This document shows, in pieces, positions 29,969 through 40,260 of a stretch of DNA of 64,000 bases. The notes beneath the pieces are model-generated. The model did not search any database. It was given only the letters and a program-made list of their open reading frames with translations, and had not been told where the DNA came from. Source of the DNA: a candidate division WS6 bacterium OLB20 (GTDB taxonomy: Bacteria > Patescibacteriota > Dojkabacteria > B142 > OLB20); assembly GCA_001567355.1 (NCBI GenBank), contig JYNZ01000003.1, positions 70,655-134,654 of the forward strand, in the 5' to 3' direction. Each line of letters opens with the position of its first letter. Within the stretch, counting starts at the first letter, position 1. Made by a program: the position numbers and the translations under genes.

Positions 29969-30880
29969 ATGAATGCACTCAGACAGAAACTTAAAAGTAT
30001 GCGAACACTGGTCACACTGCTGATCATTGTGATCATTATTCTATTCGGTATCCTTGTTGTGACCCGTGACAGAACCCGGCCGCTGCCGGCAGAGGCGCTT
30101 GATCTGGCTACTGTCAGGACAATTGATGCAACCGTGGAAGTTGATGGCAATATCGATGGTGTCAGATCGACAGAGCTGAGTCTTCCGTCAGGCGCAAAGA
30201 TTCTGGAGGTCACAGTAAAAGAGGGGATGCGCGTTAGTGCAGACGAACTTTTGCTCACTTACGAATCAACCGGTTTTACAGGTACGACAGAGTCCGAGTT
30301 GCGAGCTCCATTTGCAGGTCTCGTGACCCTTATTGATGTGGTTGCAGGCGAATCTGTCTTTAACTCCACGCAGCCGGTTGTTGTCATTACCGACGACAGC
30401 AGTCTGGTCATAGAACTCGCAGTCAACGAAAACGACATCGGAGATGTCAAAGAGGATCAGCCAGCCCGTCTGGTGTTTCCTGCGCTGTCATTTGACGACG
30501 AGTATGACGCAACGGTCAGCGCGGTTGGCGTGTCTCCGCTCAAAACAGGCGCTGCAGTAAACTATCCTGTAACTGTTACTCCCGAGGACATCCCTCAGGC
30601 CGTCCGCCTCGGAATGAGTGTCGAAGTCTCCATTCGCACCGACAGGGCCGAGAACGTTCTGTCAGTACCGGTTAATTTTCTGATTGAACGTGACGACAAC
30701 TACTTTGTTAAAGTCATCACATTTACAGACAGCGAGCGCTCGGATTACGATATTGTTGAGACAGAGGTTGAAGTCGGATTAAAAACAGGAACATTTGCAG
30801 AGGTCACATCCGGAATCAGGGAGGGGACACAGATCATTGAACCATCATTCACGGTAGAGCGCAGCTTTGGATTCTTCTAG
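29969..30880 (+). CDS. efflux periplasmic adaptor (membrane fusion protein, HlyD/MacA family)
   Basis: N-terminal TM anchor, then lipoyl/beta-barrel-like segments. It sits directly upstream of the MacB-like ATPase and permease. Confidence 0.7.
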   Translation: MNALRQKLKSMRTLVTLLIIVIIILFGILVVTRDRTRPLPAEALDLATVRTIDATVEVDGNIDGVRSTELSLPSGAKILEVTVKEGMRVSADELLLTYESTGFTGTTESELRAPFAGLVTLIDVVAGESVFNSTQPVVVITDDSSLVIELAVNENDIGDVKEDQPARLVFPALSFDDEYDATVSAVGVSPLKTGAAVNYPVTVTPEDIPQAVRLGMSVEVSIRTDRAENVLSVPVNFLIERDDNYFVKVITFTDSERSDYDIVETEVEVGLKTGTFAEVTSGIREGTQIIEPSFTVERSFGFF

Positions 30881-30882
30881 CC

Positions 30883-31611
30883 ATGCAGGCAGTACTGCAG
30901 CAACACCCGACCACCACAGCCCCCGCAAGTCAAACCGGGCAGTCAGGAACGCTTCTCGAACTTGCCGGTATTACAAAAATCTACAATGCAGGGCAGGAGA
31001 ATGCGTTCCAGGCTCTGAAAGGTATTGATCTGGTGATTGAGAAAGGTGAATTTGTGGCCATCATGGGACCGTCAGGATCAGGCAAATCTACACTTATGAA
31101 TATACTCGGGGCTCTTGATGTACCTTCGAGCGGAACATACACACTTAGAGGAGTAAATGTAGAAGGCCTCAGCGAGAACCAGCTTGCGGAATTCAGAAAC
31201 CAGGATGTCGGTTTTGTATTCCAGCGCTTCAATCTGCTCCCGCGTCTTAGTGTGATGGAAAACGTTCTTCTGCCTGCGCTCTATGGTGACCTGCCTGACG
31301 CTGAAGCACGGGCTCTGCAACTGCTCGGTCAGGTAGGACTTGAGTCAAAGTCGGCAAATATGCCAAATCAGCTATCCGGCGGAGAGATGCAGAGGATAGC
31401 TATCGCACGGGCATTGATCATGCAACCCAGTATTATCATGGCAGACGAACCAACGGGCAACCTGGATACAAAGACATCAGAAGAAATCATGTCACTGTTC
31501 AGAGAGATACACGAGCAGGGTAATACAGTGATCCTGATTACACACGAGGATGACATAGCCGCAAATGCCAGACGGGTCATAAATATCCGTGACGGGAGGG
31601 TCGTACCATGA
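30883..31611 (+). CDS. ABC transporter ATP-binding protein (MacB/LolD/FtsE-like)
   Basis: Walker A 'GPSGSGKSTL', signature 'LSGGEMQRIAIARAL', Walker B 'IIMADEPTGNLD'. Confidence 0.85.
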   Translation: MQAVLQQHPTTTAPASQTGQSGTLLELAGITKIYNAGQENAFQALKGIDLVIEKGEFVAIMGPSGSGKSTLMNILGALDVPSSGTYTLRGVNVEGLSENQLAEFRNQDVGFVFQRFNLLPRLSVMENVLLPALYGDLPDAEARALQLLGQVGLESKSANMPNQLSGGEMQRIAIARALIMQPSIIMADEPTGNLDTKTSEEIMSLFREIHEQGNTVILITHEDDIAANARRVINIRDGRVVP

Positions 31612-32831
31612 ACAATATCGGTGCCGCACTGAAAACTGCTGTAACTTCAATATCTGCCAACAAAACCAGAACACTGCTTACCATCCTCGGAATCATCATC
31701 GGAATTGCAGCAGTGATTGCACTGATGTCAGTCGGGCAGGGAGCGCAGGCATCAATCCTCGACGAGGTTCAGGGTGTTGGTTCCAACACCATAACTGTAC
31801 TCCCGATTGCAGCAGGAGGTGGCGCATTTCAGAACCGGTCCTCGATTACACAACTTGCTACCAGCAGACTGGACAGACAGGTGGTAGAGTTGCTTGATAA
31901 CGAGGTTGTGTTTAAAGAGATTACCGGTATCGGAGTTGAAAACTCTACCAGTGTCGAGCTGGTGTACAGGTCAAAATCCCGGTTCAGCAGTGTCAACGGC
32001 ATCAATGAGGTATTTCAGGATATCCGGCAGCTTGAGATTGCATCCGGGAGGCGCATTCTGGAACGTGACCAGGCATCTGCAGCTAAAGTCGTTGTACTTG
32101 GACACGAGCTCGCGGTAAATCTGTTTGGAGAAAGCGATCCTGTCGGAAAAAAAATAAGCCTTAACGGACAGTTTTTTGAGGTGGTCGGTGTTCTCGAAAA
32201 AAAGAACGGAACCTTTGACAGCGAAGCATATATCCCGTTTGAAACGGCATCCAGCCTGCTGATCGGAAACAGCGACATCTCGAGACTGTCGGTACAGGTG
32301 AGCAGCGAAGATGTGATTGACGCCGCTGCGATAAAAATCGAGGATGCATTCAGAGATTATTACAACGTCCCGCCTGATGATGATTCACCCTTTCTTGTGG
32401 TCACATCAGAAGATATTCTTGCTCTTACATCCTCAATCACTACCATCTTTACAAGTCTGCTGACCAGTATTGCGGGCATCTCTCTTGTCGTTGGAGGCAT
32501 CGGTATCATGAACATCATGCTCGTATCAGTCAGCGAGCGGACAAGAGAAATCGGTCTGCGCAAAGCTGTCGGCGCAAAGCAGCAGGCTATTCTGACGCAA
32601 TTTCTGCTCGAGGCCATCGTCCTGACTCTGATCGGCGGACTTATCGGTATTGCTCTGGGAATTGGACTCGGGTATGTGATAGGTCAGCTGACGGGCATAA
32701 GCATTGTACTCAGTCTGGAAGCCATCATCCTTGCCACGTCAGTTTCTGTGATCATCGGTCTGATCTTCGGATTCTATCCTGCATATCGGGCAGCGCAGTT
32801 GAACCCTATCGATGCCCTCCGCTACGAGTAG
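31608..32831 (+). CDS. ABC transporter permease, MacB/FtsX-like (4 TM plus a large periplasmic domain)
   Basis: N-terminal TM, roughly 250-aa periplasmic domain, C-terminal FtsX-type 3-TM bundle. It overlaps the ATPase gene by 4 nt. Confidence 0.8.
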   Translation: MNNIGAALKTAVTSISANKTRTLLTILGIIIGIAAVIALMSVGQGAQASILDEVQGVGSNTITVLPIAAGGGAFQNRSSITQLATSRLDRQVVELLDNEVVFKEITGIGVENSTSVELVYRSKSRFSSVNGINEVFQDIRQLEIASGRRILERDQASAAKVVVLGHELAVNLFGESDPVGKKISLNGQFFEVVGVLEKKNGTFDSEAYIPFETASSLLIGNSDISRLSVQVSSEDVIDAAAIKIEDAFRDYYNVPPDDDSPFLVVTSEDILALTSSITTIFTSLLTSIAGISLVVGGIGIMNIMLVSVSERTREIGLRKAVGAKQQAILTQFLLEAIVLTLIGGLIGIALGIGLGYVIGQLTGISIVLSLEAIILATSVSVIIGLIFGFYPAYRAAQLNPIDALRYE

Positions 32832-33335
32832 CTAGCGCAGCCTGATATCGTAGGTGACAGGTTCTGTTGTAAATCCCTCATACTGCAGGATCAGCTCGTT
32901 TGCATCATCCGGGATCTCAAAGACAACTGTTCCGCTGACGCTGTCACCAGGTGGGATTGAAACTTCCGCAAGAAGATCATCACGATGCCCCGAGTTGATT
33001 ACAGGGGTCTGCTCAAAAACCGCCTCGTTACTGCGCAGCGAAAACGATGCAGGGTTGAGAGGAAAGCTCTCTGCACCTGTATTTGAGATTGACAGATCCA
33101 GCAGCACGAACTGTCTGGTCTCATCGTACTCATCGCGCAGCACTCCCGCAGCTGGAAAGTAGTCAGGAATAAATGTGCTCACACGGACCTGTGCGGTCAG
33201 GTCAAGCTGATGCACATCAACCGAGTGTTCTTCCGGCTCGACAGTCGCAGACCGTTCTGTCATGGTTACCAGACCGTCAGGGGTGGTACATGCTGCAAGC
33301 AATAGCGGAATGATACTGATGACAAGGAATTTCAT
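32832..33335 (-). CDS. putative lipoprotein (DUF4352-like beta-sandwich)
   Basis: Signal peptide with lipobox 'LAAC'; 167 aa. Confidence 0.55.
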   Translation of the reverse strand: MKFLVISIIPLLLAACTTPDGLVTMTERSATVEPEEHSVDVHQLDLTAQVRVSTFIPDYFPAAGVLRDEYDETRQFVLLDLSISNTGAESFPLNPASFSLRSNEAVFEQTPVINSGHRDDLLAEVSIPPGDSVSGTVVFEIPDDANELILQYEGFTTEPVTYDIRLR

Positions 33336-33370
33336 ACCTCAGGCTAGCACAGCGTCTGACAGCAGTCAAT

Positions 33371-34519
33371 TTATACAAGCAGTCTTCCGTCTTTAAGGAC
33401 AGGAGTACCGTCGACCTCTACAACCGAACCAGGCAGACGCATGTCTTTTACGATATCCCAGTGAATCGCTGATTCGTTACCTCCATGAGGAGCACCTCCA
33501 CGTTCTTCCATGTACGATCGGCCGAGAGCCATATGAATTGTTCCACCAATCTTCTCATCAAACAGGGTATCCAGAAGCGGTTGCGTTATCCTGTAATTTG
33601 CCCCGATGGCAAACTCACCCAGAAACCTTGCCCCTTCATCAGTTGAGAGTATTCTGTCGAGTGACTTCTGACCGGCTTCTGCCCGCGCAGCTACCGCCTT
33701 GCCGTTTTCAAATGTCAGGGTTATTCCCCGCATTTCCTGTCCTGCATAGATGGTTGGCAGATCAAAGTAGATTTCACCCTGTGCCGAATTTTTCACAGGT
33801 GCGAGAAACACCTCACCATCCGGGATATTGCGTTCACCATATGCAGCTTTGGCAAGTCTGCCGGTTATGTCGAGTGTAATATCTGTACGGTCTCCTCTGA
33901 TCCTGATCTGACTGCCTGCATCAAGTATTTTTTCAAGTCCCGTCAGTTCACGCTTCATCCTGGAATAATCCACCAGCACTGCACTGTAATAGAACTCCTG
34001 CAGCCAGCTGAGCGACACTCCTGCTGCCTGTGCCATTGCAGGTGTCGGATAGTATGTAAGCACCCAGCGGTCAGAATTGACCATTTTGTCAAAAATTGGA
34101 CGGACAGTCTTCATTCTGCCGGTGATTCGCCGCTCGTCAACACCACTCAATTCCTTTTTGTTAAATACCGAGGTTATCCGGACAAATGCATCAGCCCAGT
34201 CCACGATGGAGTTAAGAACAGTTTCGGGAACATATCCTGCCTGCCAGTCGTTACCGTCATTGAGCAGTCGGTAGTTGAGTCCGTCAAATGACGCCCTGTT
34301 GAGATAGAAATTTGTCAGGCTGTCAACCAGCGGGTACGCTCCGCGTTTCAGTGTCTCTTCAAACACGGCTTTAATCAGACCGTTTGAGATATGTTCTGAA
34401 ACCGAAATCAGAACATGTTCCTTTGGCTTTATCTCCAGCGAGTGATCAAGGAGAATGCCAGCAAGCCTGTAATCATTTTCTGTCGGCTGCATCTGCGTAT
34501 TTTTCTGAGAGATAATCAA
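33371..34519 (-). CDS. aminopeptidase, M29 family (AmpS/PepS-type thermophilic metalloprotease)
   Basis: Length and conserved blocks 'HMALGRSY', 'HWDIV' and 'EGARFLGEFAIG' are typical of M29. Confidence 0.7.
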   Translation of the reverse strand: MIISQKNTQMQPTENDYRLAGILLDHSLEIKPKEHVLISVSEHISNGLIKAVFEETLKRGAYPLVDSLTNFYLNRASFDGLNYRLLNDGNDWQAGYVPETVLNSIVDWADAFVRITSVFNKKELSGVDERRITGRMKTVRPIFDKMVNSDRWVLTYYPTPAMAQAAGVSLSWLQEFYYSAVLVDYSRMKRELTGLEKILDAGSQIRIRGDRTDITLDITGRLAKAAYGERNIPDGEVFLAPVKNSAQGEIYFDLPTIYAGQEMRGITLTFENGKAVAARAEAGQKSLDRILSTDEGARFLGEFAIGANYRITQPLLDTLFDEKIGGTIHMALGRSYMEERGGAPHGGNESAIHWDIVKDMRLPGSVVEVDGTPVLKDGRLLV

Positions 34520-35992
34520 GCAGCGGCGCTGCGCTTAAGCCTGTGTTCAGATCAGCAAGTGTCTGTTTTAGTGTCCTGATTGCTCCGTATTTGTGAATGC
34601 GCTCTGCAAGCCATGCCGACACACGTTCAAAACCCCTTGGATCTGCGGCAGCTGTTGCAACTGAGAGCCCGTCACTAATCATGCGGTTTTGCAGAACAGC
34701 ACTTAGTGCAGTGCCGATGGAGTAAGTAGGGAAGTATCCGATGGCACCCATGCTCCAGTGAATATCCTGCAACACCCCTTCAGCTTCTGAAACAGGATCA
34801 ATGCCCAGATAATTACGATACTTTTCGTTCCATGCTTCCGGCAGGTCTTTAACAGCAAGTGAGCCGTCAGAAAGTGCCGTTTCCAGTTCAAACCGGATAA
34901 TAATATGTAGATGGTAGCTCAGTTCATCAGCTTCAACCCGCAGAGGCTGTTTTTGGATATGCGTCAGATATGCATACAGCTGGCCGGCAGTAACGTCCCG
35001 GAAACCCTCAATATGCTCACTAAGCAGCGGCTGAAGCAATTCCGAGAAGGACTTGGTGCGACCGATCATATTTTCCCATAAACGTGATTGCGACTCATGG
35101 ATACTGAGCGACCGGCCTGAACCCAGAGGTGTCATCTGGAGACCGTCCGGTATCTGCAGTTCGTACAATGCATGTCCAAACTCATGAATTGTTGCTAGGA
35201 GCGAACGTGCGACGTCGTGAGAATGATACCTTGTGGTGATTCTGACATCAGTATTTGCAAGGCCCTGGGTAAACGGATGCGGCTAACGTCAAGACGCAGA
35301 CGCCGGTTGTTTTCGTAAAGCTGCTCAAGCAGTCTGTTGCTGACAGCCGCCAGGTCCTCCTGTTGATAATGAATTGCGGCAAGTTCGTGCTCCTGTTCTG
35401 ACGGATGCCGGGGAAGCAGCTTTAACAGTCCCGGTTTCAGCTGCGAGAAATAGGTGTCTACTTCTGCTGTAGTAAGTCCTTCTTCAAATGTATCGAGCAG
35501 AGCATCGTATGGATGATCATCGAATCCGATAAGGTCAGCTTTGCGCCGCGTAAGTTCAACAATTTTCTCGAGCAGCGGACGGTAGATGCTGAAATCCGAA
35601 CGCTCGCGCGCCTTCTTCCATGCAATATGCGCTTCGTTGGTGACCTGCTGAAATTCGTGCAGATAGGATTCGGGCAGCCTGTCCAGAATCAGCAGATCAT
35701 GATTCAGAACCCTGATCAGGGCATGCTCTGACACAGTTGCAGCTTCTGACTCAGCCCGGGACAGTTTTTTTCTGAATGCGGGATCGGCAAGGAGTTTTTT
35801 TTGCAGAACACTGATATGTCCGAGTGCAGAACCCCTGAGCTGTGCGCCGTCCTCGGGCATGTATGTATTCAGGTCCCATTCTGCCAGTCCGGCAAGGTAG
35901 CCCAGTGCCCATACAGGTTCGTAATCTGCAATAAGTTCTTTAATACGTTTAGTCGGGAAAAATTCCGGGTCCGTCATTTGTTGAGTTAGCAA
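34473..35992 (-). pseudogene. M32 carboxypeptidase (carboxypeptidase Taq family), frame-disrupted near 35281 (fragments 35195-35992 and 34473-35168)
   Basis: The upstream fragment ends '...LRLDVS' in frame A. The downstream frame B reads 'HPFTQGLANTDVRITTRYHSHDVARSLLATIHEFGHALYE...', the M32 zinc motif HEXXH, then 'DIHWSMGAIGYFPTYSIG'. The switch is a -1 shift at gttagCCgcat. No long homopolymer is involved. Confidence 0.8.
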
Positions 35993-36186
35993 TGCTCCTA
36001 TCTTACAGATATCAGCAGCCCTAAAACAAGCACTGACCCGGATTCCTGAGTGGGGCAGTACTCACACATTATGCCCGGGGCGGTATATCCAGCACGTGTA
36101 CCCTCTGCAGACAGAACGCTTGTAGTGACTGCAGAAGAAGACGAATATCTGGTGCACAGGGCATCCGAAGTTGCTACAATACTGGC

Positions 36187-36654
36187 ATGATTCAATGCAT
36201 CGTCAGTGATCTGTCACGAGTTATTGTCTTTCCTGCAGAAGAAACTGCAGGCAGTCTCAACACGCTCTATCGGGACAGGACATCCTCCGGTGCATCATTT
36301 GCAGATGTGTTCACGCTTAATATTCCGCTGCTTGAGGTTTACAGAAAACTGGAGCTGCCGGTTATCGTATTTACTTCAGGAATCTCGATCCCTGAGGACC
36401 CGTACGTAAAGCAGCAGCTTTCGGGCATTGTTGACCGTATTATTACAGCTGCCGAAATCGGCGCTGCCAAGGATGATGCGGAGACGTATACTAAACTTGC
36501 GGATTATCTCGGGTATCCGGCAGAAGCAATGCTATTTATCGACGATTCACCTGAGAACTGCAGAGCGGCAGGTGAGGCAGGCTTAACCGCTGTCGTCTAC
36601 ACATCCGTCAGTGACGTCAGTGACGCACTCAGGTCTCATCAGTTATCTGAATAA
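36187..36654 (+). CDS. HAD-superfamily hydrolase-like protein
   Basis: The C-terminal 'LFIDDSPENCRAAGEAGLTAV' matches HAD motifs III and IV. The N-terminal motif I is atypical ('IVSDLSRV'). Confidence 0.5.
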   Translation: MIQCIVSDLSRVIVFPAEETAGSLNTLYRDRTSSGASFADVFTLNIPLLEVYRKLELPVIVFTSGISIPEDPYVKQQLSGIVDRIITAAEIGAAKDDAETYTKLADYLGYPAEAMLFIDDSPENCRAAGEAGLTAVVYTSVSDVSDALRSHQLSE

Positions 36655-36655
36655 T

Positions 36656-37834
36656 ATGAAGACCCTTGTATGGCTTATCCTCGACAGCAGCTCAATCCTG
36701 GCCGACATCATCAACTACACACTGCTGAGTTTTTTACTCTGGCAGGATGGTCAGTCTGTCAGTCTGATCCTGCAATTTAATCTGATAGTGTTCACGAGTC
36801 TGCTTATGAGCAGCGTTGTCTCGGGGACTCTGCAGTTTATCCTGGGGACAAGACTGATGTTTGTTGCAGGAATGCTGATGCATGCGGGTATAGCCTGGTT
36901 TGCGTATATGCACAGCAGCGAACTTTCCTCCCATCTGACAGTTGTTGCACTGGCATATGGTTTTGCAAATGCCGCCATACAGAATGCGAAAAATATCATG
37001 GGTCTGACGATGATTCCGGTAGCGGAGATGGTAAGTTACAGCTCAAGAAAAGAGATTATCATGTCAGCCGGAAGTGTAGCAACGCCTGTCATCACAAGTG
37101 TTCTGATACAGAATGCAGGATACCCGTTCTCATTTCAGATCATGGCAGGCGTGTTTGCGTGCATTGCGCTGATGAGTATTGTGCTTAAAAGCAAGCGCAT
37201 TACAAACCAGCGGTTTATTGTTCCCCAGCTGCTGACACGGACCCTTTCTGTTCCATCAATCCGCAGTCTGGCACTTATTCATATCTCCATCGCAATCAGT
37301 GGCGTGTTCGGCTGGGGGCTGCTTAATATCATCATTCTTGATGTTCTTGGTTCACTGGAAGGATGGACCAGTGTTTCAACAGCTCTAGCAGCTGCAGGGA
37401 TTGTCATTGCGTTGCTGCTCAAGTCCGTAAAAACCAGGGAACGCTCAAAGTCAAAATCGATTATTGTGTTAAGCAGTCTGCTGTACGCAACCGCTCCGAT
37501 ACTTCTGCTTTCCAGCTTTACGAGGGAACTGTTTATCGTATTTACATTCGTCAAGCTGATCTACGATAAAACCAACTTTATCGTGACCTACAATTATCTC
37601 AGTCAGATCGAACAGCGTGACCCTGATTTTGACCAGCATAAACTGTCGTTTCAGATATTCAACAGTTTCTTCATGTCTGCCGGAAGACTTATACCTGTAG
37701 GCATATTACTGCTGCTGCCGGCTGACCTGCTCAACATCAATACGCTGATCCTTGGTTTCAGCTTTGTAGCTCTGGCACCCCTGCTGTTTGCACGGGCATA
37801 CGACAGAGAGTTTCAGGGAGGGTATCTGGACTAG
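36656..37834 (+). CDS. MFS-type membrane transporter (about 12 TM)
   Basis: Hydrophobic throughout with paired 6+6 helix organisation. Start taken at Met 36656 ('MKTLVWLIL'). Confidence 0.6.
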   Translation: MKTLVWLILDSSSILADIINYTLLSFLLWQDGQSVSLILQFNLIVFTSLLMSSVVSGTLQFILGTRLMFVAGMLMHAGIAWFAYMHSSELSSHLTVVALAYGFANAAIQNAKNIMGLTMIPVAEMVSYSSRKEIIMSAGSVATPVITSVLIQNAGYPFSFQIMAGVFACIALMSIVLKSKRITNQRFIVPQLLTRTLSVPSIRSLALIHISIAISGVFGWGLLNIIILDVLGSLEGWTSVSTALAAAGIVIALLLKSVKTRERSKSKSIIVLSSLLYATAPILLLSSFTRELFIVFTFVKLIYDKTNFIVTYNYLSQIEQRDPDFDQHKLSFQIFNSFFMSAGRLIPVGILLLLPADLLNINTLILGFSFVALAPLLFARAYDREFQGGYLD

Positions 37835-38865
37835 ATCCGGATCTTCTTATCGCGGTTCGCCTTGTTGGCACGATCTGCCAGCTGCCCGCATGCCGCATCG
37901 ACATCATCACCCATTGTCACCCGCACAGTAACATTTACCCCGGCACGTTCAAGTATGTCGGTAAAACGTCTGATCTGATCACGCTCAGACCGCTTGAAAG
38001 GCATCTCGCGGATCGGATTGTAGGGGATAAGATTTACATGTGCCAGTCTGCCTCGCAGGAGTTTTGCGAGATCGCGCGCGTGTTCGTCGCGATCATTGAC
38101 GTTTCTGATCATGACGTATTCGTAGCTGATGCGCTTGTTTGTAAGAGCAGTATAGTCGTCAAGCGTTGCCATCAGCTGATCCAGCGGGAACAGTTTGGCT
38201 ACCGGCATCAATCTGGCACGTACCTCCTGGTTGGGAGCATGCAGACTGATTGCTACACGTCCGCGAAAACCTGAATCCATGAGCTGTCTGAACTGCGGGA
38301 CGTATCCGGAAGTCGAAACAGTAATCCTGCGTGCACCAAGCGCAAGTTTGTCAGGATCTGAAAGAATATCAATTGCCTCCATAACGTTTTTCAGATTAAG
38401 CATCGGCTCACCCATACCCATGAAGACAACATTGCTGACCCGTTCGCTCTCCAAAACTAGCTTGCGTTGAAAATACATGACCTGGTCGATTATCTCCCGC
38501 GCGCTCAGATTACCTCCAAAGCCCATCTTCCCGGTGGCGCAAAAGCTGCAGTTGACCGGACATCCCACCATACAGCTGACACAGACAGTATTACGCCCAT
38601 CCTTGTGTCGCATCAATACAGCTTCGATCCGCTGACCGTCCTCACGCTTGAGCAATACTTTTTCGGTGTCTCCGTTTTTTGAGATAAGTTCCAGTTCAAA
38701 TTCCAGCGTCATAAAGCGGACCTCCTCTGCGAGCTTTGCCCTGAGCTCTGCAGGCCATGTGGTCAGGCTGTCCCAACCGGGTATCCCGTGCTTGTAAAAC
38801 TGCTCGTTAAACTGCCTGGTACGAAACGACGGCAGGTCGTATTTTTTGGCAAATGCGGTTATCAT
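37831..38865 (-). CDS. rlmN: 23S rRNA (adenine2503-C2)-methyltransferase RlmN (radical SAM)
   Basis: Radical SAM cluster 'GCPVNCSFCATG'. The RlmN-family N-terminus and a C-terminal Cys are present. Confidence 0.85.
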   Translation of the reverse strand: MITAFAKKYDLPSFRTRQFNEQFYKHGIPGWDSLTTWPAELRAKLAEEVRFMTLEFELELISKNGDTEKVLLKREDGQRIEAVLMRHKDGRNTVCVSCMVGCPVNCSFCATGKMGFGGNLSAREIIDQVMYFQRKLVLESERVSNVVFMGMGEPMLNLKNVMEAIDILSDPDKLALGARRITVSTSGYVPQFRQLMDSGFRGRVAISLHAPNQEVRARLMPVAKLFPLDQLMATLDDYTALTNKRISYEYVMIRNVNDRDEHARDLAKLLRGRLAHVNLIPYNPIREMPFKRSERDQIRRFTDILERAGVNVTVRVTMGDDVDAACGQLADRANKANRDKKIRI

Positions 38866-38927
38866 GCCTTTATTATATCGCGAATCTGCTCTAAAACCGC
38901 ACGTCTACCGGTATTAACAGTTAGATA

Positions 38928-40260
38928 ATGATTGAACAGAGAATACAATCAGATAACCGCAAGTCACCTGCAGACGAAGGCCCGGTTGTGTACTGGGCAA
39001 GCAGGGATCTGCGGACAGCTGATAACGCAGCACTCTGGTATGCGCAACAGCTTGCACTGAGACACAACCGGTCTCTGTGTGTGCTCTTCAGACTGCACAG
39101 CTCAATGGGATACCGTTCCGCTCAGCACTTCGACTTCATGCTTGCTGGATTACAGGAGTTTGCACAAGCACTGGGTTTGCTGGGTATCGGATTTCTCCTC
39201 GTTACAGGAGATGACGTCGAGGTCAGACGGAAACTTCTGGAGATCAAAGCGTCAGCTTTGATACTCGATTTCTCACCACTGCGGGGACCCCGAAAAACAG
39301 CCGACACATTTCTAAAGTCACCGTTTACGGTGGCAGTCGTTGATGCACACAACATCGTGCCTGTCCATCAGGCCTCAGCCAAACAGGAGTACGCTGCACG
39401 AACCATACGCCCCAAAATTACGGGTCAGCTTGATGATTTTCTCAGCCAGCGTTTCACTGTTTCAAAGCACCCGGTAGAAATTACTCTGCAGCCGGCTGAC
39501 TGGGAGGCAGCCTACGGATACATAGCTGCAGAAAGACCTGCCGATCTGGTGATTATTGAAGAGCCCGGAGAGCAGGCCGGAAAGAAACAACTGGCAGAGT
39601 TTATTGACGCACGTCTGCATGGTTATGCAGAAAAGCGCAATGATCCTGCTGATGACATGCAGTCAGGATTAAGCCCGTATTTTCATTTCGGGATGCTGTC
39701 TGCAGCGGATGCTGTCAGAGCTGTATCATCTGCTCGCGCCTCTGCAAGAGACAAAGCAGCATTTATCGAAGAAGCGGTTGTCCGCAAGGAGCTGTCGGAT
39801 AATTTCTGCTACTACAATCCACTCTTCGATTCACTCGATGGTGCTCCCGACTGGGCACAAAAGACGCTTGCAGAACATTCGGGAGACATACGCGAGCATG
39901 TTTACAGTTATGAAGAGTTTAACAATGCTGAGACACACGACCCTGCCTGGAACGCAGCCCAGAAACAGATGGCCACAACAGGCAAGATGCACGGGTATAT
40001 GCGAATGTACTGGGCTAAAAAAGATACTCGAATGGACTCCTGACGCACAGACAGCTCTCGATACCGCAATCAGACTCAACGACACCTATTCGATAGACGG
40101 AGGTGACCCTAACGGTTACACAGGTATTATGTGGAGCATCTGCGGACTCCACGACCGCCCCTGGAAAGAGCGAAGCGTGTTTGGAACAGTTCGCTACATG
40201 AACTTTGCAGGACTAAAGCGCAAATTTGCAATTGAAGATTATATCAGCCGATGGACATAA
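38928..40260 (+). pseudogene. class II CPD photolyase, frame-disrupted at an A6 tract (fragments 38928-40043 and the tail to 40260)
   Basis: Photolyase alpha/beta domain at the N-terminus, FAD-binding domain at the C-terminus. Frame 0 reads '[11 protein letters not shown]' then 'DTRMDS*'. The -1 frame continues '[68 protein letters not shown]', the canonical class II C-terminus. The junction is at aaaaaa, 40017-40022. Confidence 0.85.

Noticed and set aside
34800-34830. An apparently degenerate zinc motif 'IHESQS' in the M32 carboxypeptidase C-terminal ORF, which would suggest an inactive peptidase.
   Set aside because: The real HEXXH ('IHEFGHALYE') is present, but in the adjacent frame upstream of the listed ORF start. 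The 'HESQS' string is a different, non-catalytic part of the protein.
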